DNA of 64,000 nt, from positions 39,330 through 103,329 of the forward strand of contig NZNC01000011.1 of NCBI GenBank assembly GCA_002692965.1, in the 5' to 3' direction. A program made the position numbers and the translations under genes. This document shows positions 49,294 through 62,180 of the stretch, one piece after another; position 1 is the first letter of the stretch; each line of letters opens with the position of its first letter. The DNA is from Haliea sp. GTDB lineage: Bacteria > Pseudomonadota > Gammaproteobacteria > Pseudomonadales > Halieaceae. The notes below the pieces were generated by a model. The model had not been told where the DNA came from, made no database searches, and saw only the letters and a program-made list of their open reading frames with translations.

Positions 49294-50715
49294 ATGCGTT
49301 CCTATCTCGCTCTTTTACTGTTCGCTCTGCTGCTGGCGGGATGCCAGCAGCGGGACAGCCTGCGCGATATTCTCGATGGCGGCGAGCTGGTGGTGGTCAG
49401 CCGCAGCAGCCCGACCACCTTCTACCTGGGACGCGAAGGACCCACCGGCTTTGAGTACGATCTGGCGCAACTCCTCGCCGAGGACCTGGGCGTCGAGCTG
49501 CGCCTGGAACCCGCTTTCACCCTGACCGAGGTGCTGTCGCACCTGGAACGTCGGGAAGCCCACCTGGCCGCGGCCGGCCTCAGCCTGACAGCGGAACGCG
49601 CGGCCCGTTTCCACCACTCCGTGCCCTACGCCGAGATCAGCACCCAGGTGATCTACCGCACCGGCCAGAGACGCCCCGCGGACATGGACGACCTGGGCGA
49701 TCTGCGCCTGGTGGTGCTGGCCGGCAGCTCCCACGAGCAGACCCTGGAACGGCTGCAGGCATCCACCCAGCCGGGTCTGCGCTGGCAGTCCCTGGCGGAG
49801 GCGGACTCGACCGAACTGCTGGAGCGCGTGGAAAACGGCGAGGCCGAGCTGGCCATGCTGGACGCCAATGAGTTTCGCATCCAGCAGGCACTCTATCCGC
49901 GCCTGGCGGTCGCTTTCGATCTCGGCGAGATCCAGGAAATGGTCTGGTACATGGCGCCGGGGGAGCCCGGGGCAGCCCTGCAGGCCAGGGTCAATGATCT
50001 GTTCCAGCGCCTGCGCGAGGAGGGACGGCTGGAGCTGCTGAAAGACCGCCATTTCGGCCACGCCAGCGCCCTCTCCCGCATCGGCTCCCACACCTTTGCC
50101 CGCAGCATTCGCACCCAGCTGCCGGAGTGGCGGGGGATGATTCGCCAGGTGGCAGCGGAATACCAGCTGGACTGGCGCCTGCTGGCGGCCATCGCCTACC
50201 AGGAATCCCACTGGGACCCGGAGGCAACCTCCCCCACCGGGGTGCGGGGCATGATGATGCTGACGACGCCCACGGCGGAGGAAATGGGCGTCAGCAATCG
50301 CACCGACCCCCTGCAGAGCCTGCGAGGGGGCGCCCGCTACTTCAAACAGCTGCGCCGGCGACTGCCTGGGGACATTCCCGAACCGGACCGCACCTGGATG
50401 GCGCTGGTTGCCTACAACATTGGCCGCGCCCACCTCTCCGACGCCCGCGTCCTGACCGAGCGGATGGGGGGCGACCCCCACCGCTGGGCGGACCTGATGG
50501 AGTACCTGCCACTGCTGCAGAAACGGGAGTACTACCGCACCACCAAATACGGCTTCGCCCGGGGCCTCGAGGCCGTCAACTACGTACAGAACATCCGCCA
50601 CTACTACAGCATTCTGCAGTGGCAGGATCAGCCCGCCGAGAAACCCAGTCCGCCGCTGGATACCCGGGAATTTCTGCCTGAGGTTTTGCGGGGTGTCCGC
50701 CTGCAGGCACTCTAG
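49294..50715 (+). CDS. mltF: Membrane-bound lytic murein transglycosylase F
   Basis: This is the internal ATG (MRSYLALLLFALLLAGC) of ORF 49153..50715. It has an N-terminal solute-binding-like domain and an SLT motif AIAYQESHWDP. Confidence 0.9.
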   Translation: MRSYLALLLFALLLAGCQQRDSLRDILDGGELVVVSRSSPTTFYLGREGPTGFEYDLAQLLAEDLGVELRLEPAFTLTEVLSHLERREAHLAAAGLSLTAERAARFHHSVPYAEISTQVIYRTGQRRPADMDDLGDLRLVVLAGSSHEQTLERLQASTQPGLRWQSLAEADSTELLERVENGEAELAMLDANEFRIQQALYPRLAVAFDLGEIQEMVWYMAPGEPGAALQARVNDLFQRLREEGRLELLKDRHFGHASALSRIGSHTFARSIRTQLPEWRGMIRQVAAEYQLDWRLLAAIAYQESHWDPEATSPTGVRGMMMLTTPTAEEMGVSNRTDPLQSLRGGARYFKQLRRRLPGDIPEPDRTWMALVAYNIGRAHLSDARVLTERMGGDPHRWADLMEYLPLLQKREYYRTTKYGFARGLEAVNYVQNIRHYYSILQWQDQPAEKPSPPLDTREFLPEVLRGVRLQAL

Positions 50716-50742
50716 CGCAGCACGCGGGCACCGGGCCCGGTA

Positions 50743-53852
<3,110 letters not shown>

Positions 53853-53867
53853 GCCGCCATCCCCGCA

Positions 53868-56800
53868 TCAGCGCTCGGGCACCTGAAGTCGGAACCACAG
53901 GGCGTACAGAGCCGGCACAAACAACAGGGTAATCGCCGTGCCCACGGCGATGCCGCCGATCAGCACGTAGGCCAACGGCCCCCAGAAGCTGTCCAGGGTC
54001 AGGGGCACAAAGGCGAATACCGCGGCCAGCGCGGTCAACACTACCGGCCTGGCGCGCTGCACCGCCGCCTCGATCACCGCGGTGGTCGCCTCCAGCCCTG
54101 CCTCCAGATTGTCCTGCACCTGCTGGGTGAGGATCATCGTGTTGCGCATGAGAATGCCGGACAGGCCGATCAGCCCGAGCAGGGCATTGATCCCGAAGGG
54201 CTGGTCGAACAGCACCATGGCGGCTACCGCTCCCACGAGCCCCAGGGGCGCCGTGGCCACCACGATAAACAGCCCCGAAAAAGAGCGCATCTGCAGCATG
54301 ATGAGAATCAGCGTCAGGATCACCATCACCGGCTGCATTGCCTGGATCGAGGCTTCCCCCTTGGCCGAGCTCTCGATACTTCCCCCCAGTTCCATGTGGT
54401 AGTCGAGGGGCAGCTGGTTGCGGAAACTCTCCAGCTGCTGCCAGATGGCCATCTGCACCGCCGGCGCCTGGGCGCCGCGCACATCCGCCTGCACCGCCAG
54501 CACCCGCTGCCGGTTGTGGCGTTTGATCACCGGGTCCTCAAACTCCACGCTCAGCTCACCCAGCTGAATCAACGGCAGCTTGTCGCCGGACTGGTTGCGT
54601 ATTTCCAGATGCTCCAGGTCGGGCAGAGAATCGCGCCGCGCCCGTGCTCGCAGTTCCACTGTGCGGACATCCCGGCGCAGTTCATCGATCGGCAGGCCGT
54701 CCAGCTGGAACTGCACCTGCCTGGCGACCTCGCTGGGTGTCAGGCCCATCAGGCGCAGTCGCTCGCTGTCCATTTTGAGCCGCACCACCGGCACCCTCTC
54801 GTCCCAGTCCAGGTGGGTGCCCGTGGTGTTCGGATGCGCGTCGACCCGTGCACTGACCTCCCGCGCCAGCTCCCTCAGGACCAGGGGGTCGGGACCAAGT
54901 ATGCGGAAGGTAACTGGCCAGACCACGGGTGGGCCGTAGAACAGACGAGTCAGTCGAATACGGGCCTCGGGAAATTCGCCGGCATCCACGTGGGTCCGCA
55001 GGGTCTTCAGGATATGATCACGCCCATCGGCATCCTCGCCAATGGCGATAATCTTGGCAAATGCGGGGTTCGGCTGCTCCGGGTTGGCCGAGAGGAAAAA
55101 GCGGGGAGCCCCGGCGCCCACATAGGAGGACAGGCTGCGCACCTCGGGCATGTCCTCGAGGACAGCCTCCAGGCGCTGCACCACGCGGTCGGTCACACCG
55201 ATCGCACTGCCCTGGGGCAGGTAGATTTCCACCAGGGCCTCGGGCCTGTCCGAGGCGGGAAAGAACTGCTTCTGTACCACGGTATTCATGCCCACCACAC
55301 CCAGCGCCAGCAGAGCGACGGTCACCGCCACCACGCTCTTGCGGTGGCGAACGCAGGCTAGGATCAGCCCGCGCAGGCAACGGTAGAGTGGCGTCTGGTA
55401 GGCGTCCTCACCGTGCCCCTGACTGTGCAGGTCCGGCAACAGCTTCACGCCGAGCCAGGGGGTGAAGGTCACCGCCACCAGCCAGGACACCAGCAGGGAG
55501 AAGGCCATGACCCAGAAGATATTTCCCGCGTACTCACCGACGCCGGAGCGGGCAAAACCGATCGGCACGAAGCCCACCACCGTGACCAGGGTACCGAAGA
55601 GCATCGGCGCCGCGGTAACGTTCCAGGCATGGGTGGCCGCCTGGACCCGGTCCCAGCCGGCCTCCATCTTCACAATCATCATTTCGATGGCAATGATGGC
55701 GTCGTCCACCAGCAGGCCAAGGGCGATAATCAAGGCCCCCAGGGTGATTCGGTCGAGGTTGATCCCGGCCAGTTTCATCAACAGGAAGGCCAGCCCCAGG
55801 GTCACCGGTATGGCGATCCCCACGATGAGGCCAGCTCGCAGGCCGATGGAAAGAATGCTCACCGCCATCACTACGGCCACCGCGACCAGGAACTTCACCT
55901 GGAACAGGTCCACCGCCGCCCGGATCATGTCGGTCTGGTTGGTCAGGGTATGCAGGGTCATGCCCAGGGGCAGACGGCCGCGCTCGCGCTCCAGGAAGGC
56001 GGATAACTCCGCCCCAAAATCCAGCCCGTTCTCACCCTCGCGCATGACCACACCCAGCAGAATGGCATCCTCCCCGTGTGCCCTGACCAGGTAACTTGGC
56101 GGGTCCTCGTAACCGGAGTGGACGGTCGCGAGGTCCCCCAGGCGCAGCAGTCGATCACCAATGGCGACGGGGACCGCCTCCAGCGCACCGCGGGCGGAGA
56201 GGTCCGAGTCGATACGCAGGTAGGTTCGCGGCCCCTCGCGGTCGATGAAACCGGCGGGGGCCAGCTGGTTGTGCGCCGCGATGGCATCAAAAATCACTTC
56301 GGGGCGAACCCCAAGGTTGGCCAGACGCGCCGGATCGAACTCCACGAAAACCCGCTCGCTGCGCTCACCTAGGAGCAGCACCTTGCGCGTGCCGTCCAGG
56401 CGCTGCAAGCGGTCACGGATAGCCTCCGCCTCGCGGGTCAGGTCGGCCATCGGCAGGCCCGGTGCAGTCAGCGCCAGTAGCGAGAAGTAGACGTCGGAGA
56501 AATCATCGTTGACGATCGGGCCAATCACCCCCTCAGGCAGGTTCGGCGCCTCGTCCCACATCCGCTTGCGCACTTCATAGAAGAGGTCGGGCACCGCTTC
56601 ACTGGGCGTATAGTCCTCGAACTCCACCTGCAGATCGACACGCCCCGGACGAATCACGGTTTCGATGCGATAGAGGTCCTCGACCTCCTGGATGCGCTGC
56701 TCCAGACGGTCGGCCACCTGCTCCTCAATCTCTTCCGGGGTCGCCCCCGGCCACAGGGCGGAGACCACCATGATGCGCACGGTAAAACTCGGGTCCTCGG

Positions 56801-56912
56801 CGCGCCCCAGCGTCGTGAAGGCATAGACCCCGGCCACTACTGACAGCAGCAAAAAGAACAGCGTGAGGGCACGCTCGCGCACCGCCAGGGCAGAGAGATT
56901 GGGGAAACTCAT
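53868..56912 (-). CDS. RND-family efflux transporter permease (AcrB-like), 1014 aa
   Basis: ORF track. It has about 12 TM segments and two large periplasmic loops. There is a 4-nt overlap with the upstream adaptor gene. Confidence 0.92.
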   Translation of the reverse strand: MSFPNLSALAVRERALTLFFLLLSVVAGVYAFTTLGRAEDPSFTVRIMVVSALWPGATPEEIEEQVADRLEQRIQEVEDLYRIETVIRPGRVDLQVEFEDYTPSEAVPDLFYEVRKRMWDEAPNLPEGVIGPIVNDDFSDVYFSLLALTAPGLPMADLTREAEAIRDRLQRLDGTRKVLLLGERSERVFVEFDPARLANLGVRPEVIFDAIAAHNQLAPAGFIDREGPRTYLRIDSDLSARGALEAVPVAIGDRLLRLGDLATVHSGYEDPPSYLVRAHGEDAILLGVVMREGENGLDFGAELSAFLERERGRLPLGMTLHTLTNQTDMIRAAVDLFQVKFLVAVAVVMAVSILSIGLRAGLIVGIAIPVTLGLAFLLMKLAGINLDRITLGALIIALGLLVDDAIIAIEMMIVKMEAGWDRVQAATHAWNVTAAPMLFGTLVTVVGFVPIGFARSGVGEYAGNIFWVMAFSLLVSWLVAVTFTPWLGVKLLPDLHSQGHGEDAYQTPLYRCLRGLILACVRHRKSVVAVTVALLALGVVGMNTVVQKQFFPASDRPEALVEIYLPQGSAIGVTDRVVQRLEAVLEDMPEVRSLSSYVGAGAPRFFLSANPEQPNPAFAKIIAIGEDADGRDHILKTLRTHVDAGEFPEARIRLTRLFYGPPVVWPVTFRILGPDPLVLRELAREVSARVDAHPNTTGTHLDWDERVPVVRLKMDSERLRLMGLTPSEVARQVQFQLDGLPIDELRRDVRTVELRARARRDSLPDLEHLEIRNQSGDKLPLIQLGELSVEFEDPVIKRHNRQRVLAVQADVRGAQAPAVQMAIWQQLESFRNQLPLDYHMELGGSIESSAKGEASIQAMQPVMVILTLILIMLQMRSFSGLFIVVATAPLGLVGAVAAMVLFDQPFGINALLGLIGLSGILMRNTMILTQQVQDNLEAGLEATTAVIEAAVQRARPVVLTALAAVFAFVPLTLDSFWGPLAYVLIGGIAVGTAITLLFVPALYALWFRLQVPER

Positions 56913-57958
56913 TGCCTGCGCTCCCGCACCGCCTGGCCGGGTTCCAGCAGATGGGTACCGAGCCGGATCACCGGCGTGCCGGCGGGCAGATCCACCGCCA
57001 CCAGCACACGATCGTCGCGCAAACCGGCGATCGATACCGACACCGGGTGCGCCTCACCGTCGCGCAAGGTCCAGATTCGGGGACCCTCCCCACGTTCATC
57101 CAGCGCGGAGAACGGCAGGGCAAAGCGCTGCGAACTGCCGGTTTCGTGGAGATCAACCTGAACCACAACCCCAAGCGGCAAACTCTCGTCGCTGTCATCC
57201 AGCTGGTAGCGCGCGCGCCAGGTACGACTCGCCGGGTCCGCAGAGCCCGCCACTTCACGCAGGTGTATCGCGCGGGGCGGCTGGTCGCGCCAGCGAACCG
57301 TGCCCTGAACCGGAGCCGGCCCCACGTCGGGGAGGAACACCTCAATCTCGCGCTCGCCCCGTTGGGCCAGCAGAGCGACCGGCTCGCCCGCCGCCACAAC
57401 CTGACCGGGCTCGCCACTGACCTCGATCAGCACCCCGCCCTGCGCCAGTCGCAAATCGGCATATTCGCGCTGATGGCGGGCACTGGCGAGACTGGCGGCA
57501 GCCGCGTCCACCCGGCTGCGGGCATCCTGCTCCGCCAGGCGAAAGCGCGCCAGGCTCTGGGCACTGACAAAATTCTGCGCCACCAGTTGTTCCTGACGCG
57601 AGAGTTCACTGACGGCCGTCTCCCGTGCCGCCCTGGCTGCAGCCAGTTCCGCCTCGGCAATGCGCAGCGCCTGGTCGAAATCCCGCGGGTCGAGGCGAAA
57701 CAAAACCTGGCCAGGCGTCACCTTCTCCCCCGCATTGGCCCGGCGCTGCAGGATGCGCCCGCCAACCTGGAAGGCGAGTGGCGTTTCAAACCGCGCCCGC
57801 ACAGTGCCGGAAAGCTGCAGGCGCTGATCCGAGGTCGCCCTCAGGGGCACCGTCAAAACCCAGTGGGCCGCGGGCGCCTGGGCCTGATTACCGGTATCCT
57901 CGCCACAGGCAGCCAGGGTAAACGCCGCCAGAATGGCGACCAGCCTTGCTCGCAACAT
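56909..57958 (-). CDS. Efflux RND periplasmic adaptor (membrane fusion) lipoprotein
   Basis: ORF track 56909..57979 has a TTG start. I prefer ATG 57958 (MLRARLVAILAAFTLAAC lipobox). It has the coiled-coil and beta-barrel pattern of HlyD-family proteins. Confidence 0.88.
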   Translation of the reverse strand: MLRARLVAILAAFTLAACGEDTGNQAQAPAAHWVLTVPLRATSDQRLQLSGTVRARFETPLAFQVGGRILQRRANAGEKVTPGQVLFRLDPRDFDQALRIAEAELAAARAARETAVSELSRQEQLVAQNFVSAQSLARFRLAEQDARSRVDAAAASLASARHQREYADLRLAQGGVLIEVSGEPGQVVAAGEPVALLAQRGEREIEVFLPDVGPAPVQGTVRWRDQPPRAIHLREVAGSADPASRTWRARYQLDDSDESLPLGVVVQVDLHETGSSQRFALPFSALDERGEGPRIWTLRDGEAHPVSVSIAGLRDDRVLVAVDLPAGTPVIRLGTHLLEPGQAVRERRQ

Positions 57959-57981
57959 GAAAGGTGATCCATCCGCCAATT

Positions 57982-58003
57982 TAGTGTACGGTATCGTACA
58001 GTA
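57982..58003. promoter_or_regulatory. Candidate TetR operator: TAGTGTACG-gtat-CGTACAGTA palindrome in the divergent adaptor/TetR promoter region
   Basis: The perfect 6-4-6 core TGTACGgtatCGTACA lies at 57985-58000 and extends to 9-bp arms with one mismatch. It sits in the 63-nt spacer between the divergent starts. Confidence 0.55.
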
Positions 58004-58021
58004 ATTAAGAGGTACGCACCA

Positions 58022-58681
58022 GTGTCAAGCAAGCAGGCCAAAGCCGCACCGTCCTCTACCGCGAGCAACGCCCGGCCCGGGCGACCGCCCGACCCGGCCA
58101 AGCAACGCGCCATTCTCGACGCCGCGCGGTCACTGCTGTTCCAGGGGGGCCCGGGTGAGCTCTCCATGGAGGCCGTAGCGCGCCGGGCGGGTGTCTCGAA
58201 GGTGACGATCTACGCCCGCTATGCCAATCGCGAAGCCCTGCTCGACGCCGTAATTGGCGACCAGGCCAACAGCCTGATGGACAGCCTCAATCTGCAACCG
58301 GAAGACGCCTCCAGTGCCCGCAAGGCGCTGTGCAGCTTCGGCCAACAGCTGCTGAGCTTCGTCCTCGGTGAGGAGCACCAGGGCTTCCTGCGCCTGGTAC
58401 TGGCCAGCCCCGCTTCTTCCCAGGCGATCCTGGCGCGTATCTACCGCTCGGGACCGGAAGCCACTCACGCGCAGCTGGAACACTGGATGACCCGGGCCGA
58501 TGCCGCCGGCCTGCTGCGCATACCGGACCCGCCACAAAGCACGGAGCTGTTGATTGGCATGCTGCTGGGACTGGAGTTGATCCGGCTACTCTACGGCCAG
58601 CCGGCAAAATTCACGGGCGAGTCCCTGGAAACGCATGTCGAGCAGGTGGTGGACCGCTTCCTCAGCCTGCACGGGACCTGA
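58022..58681 (+). CDS. TetR/AcrR-family transcriptional repressor
   Basis: 219-aa ORF with a GTG start. The HTH reads ILDAARSLLFQGGPGELSMEAVARRAGVSKVTIYARYANREAL. Confidence 0.9.
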   Translation: MSSKQAKAAPSSTASNARPGRPPDPAKQRAILDAARSLLFQGGPGELSMEAVARRAGVSKVTIYARYANREALLDAVIGDQANSLMDSLNLQPEDASSARKALCSFGQQLLSFVLGEEHQGFLRLVLASPASSQAILARIYRSGPEATHAQLEHWMTRADAAGLLRIPDPPQSTELLIGMLLGLELIRLLYGQPAKFTGESLETHVEQVVDRFLSLHGT

Positions 58682-58764
58682 TGGCTCCGGCGCCATGCCT
58701 GCGCGCCACAACGCCTGCCCTGGTCTATCCTGTAGCGGCAAGCCCACAAGCAGGAGATGATGCG

Positions 58765-61176
58765 GTGAACCAACCAGAAACCGTCCTGTGGTTCGACACC
58801 CTTGACCTCTCGTGCCTGCCGCAAGTCGGTGGCAAGAACGCCAGCCTGGGGGAAATGTACCAGCGCCTGAGCGAGGAAGGGATCCGGGTCCCCTTCGGTT
58901 TTGCCACCACGGCGCAGGCCTTCCGCGACTACCTGGCGGACAACCGGCTGGAGGCCCCCATCCGCGAGGCTGTGGCTGCCATGCGTCGAGGCAGCCAATC
59001 GCTCGAAGCCACCGGCGGAGCCATCCGCGAGCTGATCCGCAGGGGGAATTTTTCCAACCGCCAGCGCACCCTGATCACGGGCGCCTACCGCGAACTCTGT
59101 GAGCGCCTGCAGACCCCCTCCCTGGCTGTCGCCGTGCGCAGCTCCGCCACCGCGGAAGACCTGCCCGAGGCTTCCTTTGCCGGACAACAGGAGAGCTTCC
59201 TCAATGTCCGCGGCGAGGAGGCCCTTCTGCAGGCCTGCCGCGAATGCTACGCCTCCCTCTACACCGATCGCGCCATTGCCTACCGGGAAGAGCGAGGCTT
59301 CGAACACGAACAGGTCGCCCTGTCCGTCGGTGTCCAGCAGATGGTGGAATCCGCCGCGGCGGGCGTGATGTTCACCCTGGATACCGAGAGCGGCTTTCCC
59401 GACGTGGTGCTCATCAGTGCTGCCTGGGGCTTGGGGGAAACCGTCGTGAAGGGTTCGGTCAATCCCGACCGCTACATGGCCTACAAGCCCTTCCTCGAGG
59501 AGCGCGCACTGAGCCCCGTGATTGAAGCGAGCGTGGGCAGCAAGCTGGTGAAAATGCGCTATGCGCTACCGGAGGATAGCCAGCCCTCGGATGCCGACGA
59601 TGATCAGGGGCCCACTGTCACCGTCCCTACCAGCACGGCAGAACAACGCAGCCGGGTGCTGGATGACGTAGCGGTCCTACACCTGGCCCGCTGGGGAGCC
59701 AGAATCGAGGCGCACTACGGGCGGCCCATGGATATCGAGTGGGCCCGGGACAGCGACGGGCAGCTGTTCATTGTTCAGGCCCGGCCGGAAACCATAGAAT
59801 CGCAGAAGGACCGCAGCGTCCTGGTGAGCTATCACCTGAAGGAAAAAGGTCGGGTGCTGCTTGAGGGGGCAGCCGTGGGCAGTGCCATCGCCGGCGGGCC
59901 GGTCTGCGTGGTGGACCGGCCGGGCGATGTCGATGCCTTTCCCGAGGGTGCCATCCTGGTCACCGAGCGCACCGACCCGGACTGGGTACCCATCATGCGC
60001 CGGGCGGCGGGTATCGTGACCAATAGCGGCGGCACCACCAGCCACGCGGCCATTGTCAGCCGGGAGCTGAAAAAACCCGCCATCGTTGGCTGCGGCGATG
60101 CCACCGCTATGCTGCGGGATGGGATGGAGATCACCATCAGTGGCGCAGAAGGCGCGACCGGCAAGGTGTATGCGGGCCTGCTCGACTTTGACTGCGACTC
60201 CATCAGCCTCGCCGAGCTGCCGCACTCCCGCACACAACTGATGATCAATGCCGCACTTCCAGACGGCGCCCTGCAGTGGTGGCAACTGCCTGTGTCCGGT
60301 ATCGGGCTCACGCGGATCGAGTTCATCATCTCCAGCCAGATTCGCGTCCACCCCATGGCGCTGGTCCACCCGGAAAAGGTAAGCGATCCACAGGTCGCAA
60401 AGGACATTGCCGAGCTGCATGCCGGTCACCAGCAGCCGGTCGACTACTTCATCGATGGGCTGGCGCGGGGCGTGGCGCGAATTGCTGCCTCACAGTATCC
60501 GCGCCCCGTCATTGTGCGCATGTCGGACTTCAAATCGAACGAGTATCGCGGCCTGCTGGGCGGTGAATTCTTCGAACTGGAAGAAGAAAACCCCATGCTC
60601 GGCTTTCGCGGTGCCTCACGCTATTACCACCCCCTGTACCGCGAGGGCTTTCAACTTGAGTGTCGCGCCATCCTGCGAGCCCGCGAAAGTATGGGCTTCG
60701 ACAACATCATCGTGATGATTCCCTTCTGCCGCACGCCGGCGGAAGCAGACCGGGTTCTTGACACCATGGCCGAAGCGGGCCTGCGGCGCGGCAAGGACGG
60801 GCTGCAAATCTATGTGATGTGCGAGATCCCCTCCAATGTGATTCTCGCGGACCAGTTCGCTGGGCGTTTTGATGGCTTTTCCATTGGCAGCAATGACCTG
60901 ACCCAGCTAGTACTGGGCATAGACCGCGACTCCGCGGTTCTGAAAACGCTTTTCGACGCTCGGGATGAAGCCGTCAAACGGATGATCGAGCAGGTGATCC
61001 GGGTGGCCCACCAGCATGGGTGCAAGGTGGGCATCTGTGGCCAGGCTCCCTCCGATGACCCGGAGTTCGCCGAGTTCCTGGTGGATTGCGGGATTGACTC
61101 GATCAGTCTGAACCCCGACTCGGTGGCCCGGGCAAGCGCGCATGTGGCGGCAGCTGAGAAAAAGCGGCGCCCCTAA
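58765..61176 (+). CDS. ppsA: Phosphoenolpyruvate synthase (pyruvate, water dikinase)
   Basis: ORF track 58681..61176. I prefer GTG 58765, which has a CAGGAG RBS (VNQPETVLWFDTLDLSCLPQVGGKNASLGEM). The phosphohistidine motif is GGTTSHAAIVSRE. Confidence 0.93.
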   Translation: MNQPETVLWFDTLDLSCLPQVGGKNASLGEMYQRLSEEGIRVPFGFATTAQAFRDYLADNRLEAPIREAVAAMRRGSQSLEATGGAIRELIRRGNFSNRQRTLITGAYRELCERLQTPSLAVAVRSSATAEDLPEASFAGQQESFLNVRGEEALLQACRECYASLYTDRAIAYREERGFEHEQVALSVGVQQMVESAAAGVMFTLDTESGFPDVVLISAAWGLGETVVKGSVNPDRYMAYKPFLEERALSPVIEASVGSKLVKMRYALPEDSQPSDADDDQGPTVTVPTSTAEQRSRVLDDVAVLHLARWGARIEAHYGRPMDIEWARDSDGQLFIVQARPETIESQKDRSVLVSYHLKEKGRVLLEGAAVGSAIAGGPVCVVDRPGDVDAFPEGAILVTERTDPDWVPIMRRAAGIVTNSGGTTSHAAIVSRELKKPAIVGCGDATAMLRDGMEITISGAEGATGKVYAGLLDFDCDSISLAELPHSRTQLMINAALPDGALQWWQLPVSGIGLTRIEFIISSQIRVHPMALVHPEKVSDPQVAKDIAELHAGHQQPVDYFIDGLARGVARIAASQYPRPVIVRMSDFKSNEYRGLLGGEFFELEEENPMLGFRGASRYYHPLYREGFQLECRAILRARESMGFDNIIVMIPFCRTPAEADRVLDTMAEAGLRRGKDGLQIYVMCEIPSNVILADQFAGRFDGFSIGSNDLTQLVLGIDRDSAVLKTLFDARDEAVKRMIEQVIRVAHQHGCKVGICGQAPSDDPEFAEFLVDCGIDSISLNPDSVARASAHVAAAEKKRRP

Positions 61177-62180
61177 TCCCCCAGCCAAAGATAGGAGTAC
61201 CAGTAAAATTCACCTGCACCCTCACTGCTGGGGGCCGTGCAGTTGACCTTGTTGCGGCCGCCGCGGGTCGGCGGCAAGTCGACAGCGTAACGGCGCTCTC
61301 CCATCTGATGGAGAGACAGGGCCTCACCGCTTGAGGCGAAACAGGCCAGCCCGGCCAGGGCCTCACCGGAAAGCGTGATGCTCAGCACCCCGTCATCTAC
61401 CCGCTCCTGTACCACCGGCAGTGGCCGGCTGTGAACACCCTGGCGCAGACGCTGCAGACTGTCCTGACCGCTCGCCATTGGAAAGCGTGGAATCTGCAGC
61501 GGATCAGTAACTGCGCCAACGGCGCCTGACTGCTGTGCCAGCCCGAGCAGCTGGCGACGGGAAAGCGCGCCCTTGAGCTGGCTGTTATATTCGCCAAAGG
61601 GGTAGGCAAAGGCCTGGATATCCACCTGCAGTTCCGCACGGATTCGCTCGCGGTTGCGGTCGATCTCATCGTCTATGCGCTGCGCCCACTGGGCGTCACT
61701 CTCGCCGGACCGACGCCGCGCCAGGTAATCGTGGCTGTGGGAGTGGCCACCGATACTGGCACCCATGGCAAGCAGCTCCCGGGCCTGCTGCCAGGACATG
61801 TAGCCGGGCACCTGGTCGTCGAGCGGCTGACTGGCGAGAAACACCGTGAAGGGCCAGTCACGATCGGCCAGGCGGGGTGCGGCCTCGGTGAACACTGATC
61901 GGTAGGCATCGTCAAAGGTGATGGCCACGGCATTGTCAGGTAGCGGCCCTCCCGCCAGGGCCTTCTCCAGAAGAAGCTGTAGCGGCATGACGGTGAAGCC
62001 ATGGTCCTCGAGGTAGTCCAGATGTGCGGTAAAGCGCTCGGGAGTCACGCTGGTGCTGGCCGGGGTCTCCTGACTGACGTGGTGGTAAAGCAGAATGACG
62101 GCATGGTCGGCGGCGCGCAGCACGGGCGACAGGGAAAACAAGCCCACCGCCAGTATCGCCGCAAGCGTGCGCAGGCTCAC
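61173..62180 (-). CDS. Secreted polysaccharide deacetylase (NodB-homology) family protein
   Basis: 335-aa ORF with a signal peptide, ITFDDAY and GGHSHSHD. There is a 4-nt convergent overlap with the ppsA stop. Confidence 0.8.
   Translation of the reverse strand: MSLRTLAAILAVGLFSLSPVLRAADHAVILLYHHVSQETPASTSVTPERFTAHLDYLEDHGFTVMPLQLLLEKALAGGPLPDNAVAITFDDAYRSVFTEAAPRLADRDWPFTVFLASQPLDDQVPGYMSWQQARELLAMGASIGGHSHSHDYLARRRSGESDAQWAQRIDDEIDRNRERIRAELQVDIQAFAYPFGEYNSQLKGALSRRQLLGLAQQSGAVGAVTDPLQIPRFPMASGQDSLQRLRQGVHSRPLPVVQERVDDGVLSITLSGEALAGLACFASSGEALSLHQMGERRYAVDLPPTRGGRNKVNCTAPSSEGAGEFYWYSYLWLGD

Noticed and set aside
53853-53870. Possible TGA read-through producing an RND-GNAT fusion, since both ORFs share a frame.
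   Set aside because: Sharing a frame has a one-in-three chance expectation. I recognise no recoding signal, and a cytoplasmic GNAT fused to the pump C-terminus has no precedent that I know of. A truncation remnant is the simpler explanation.
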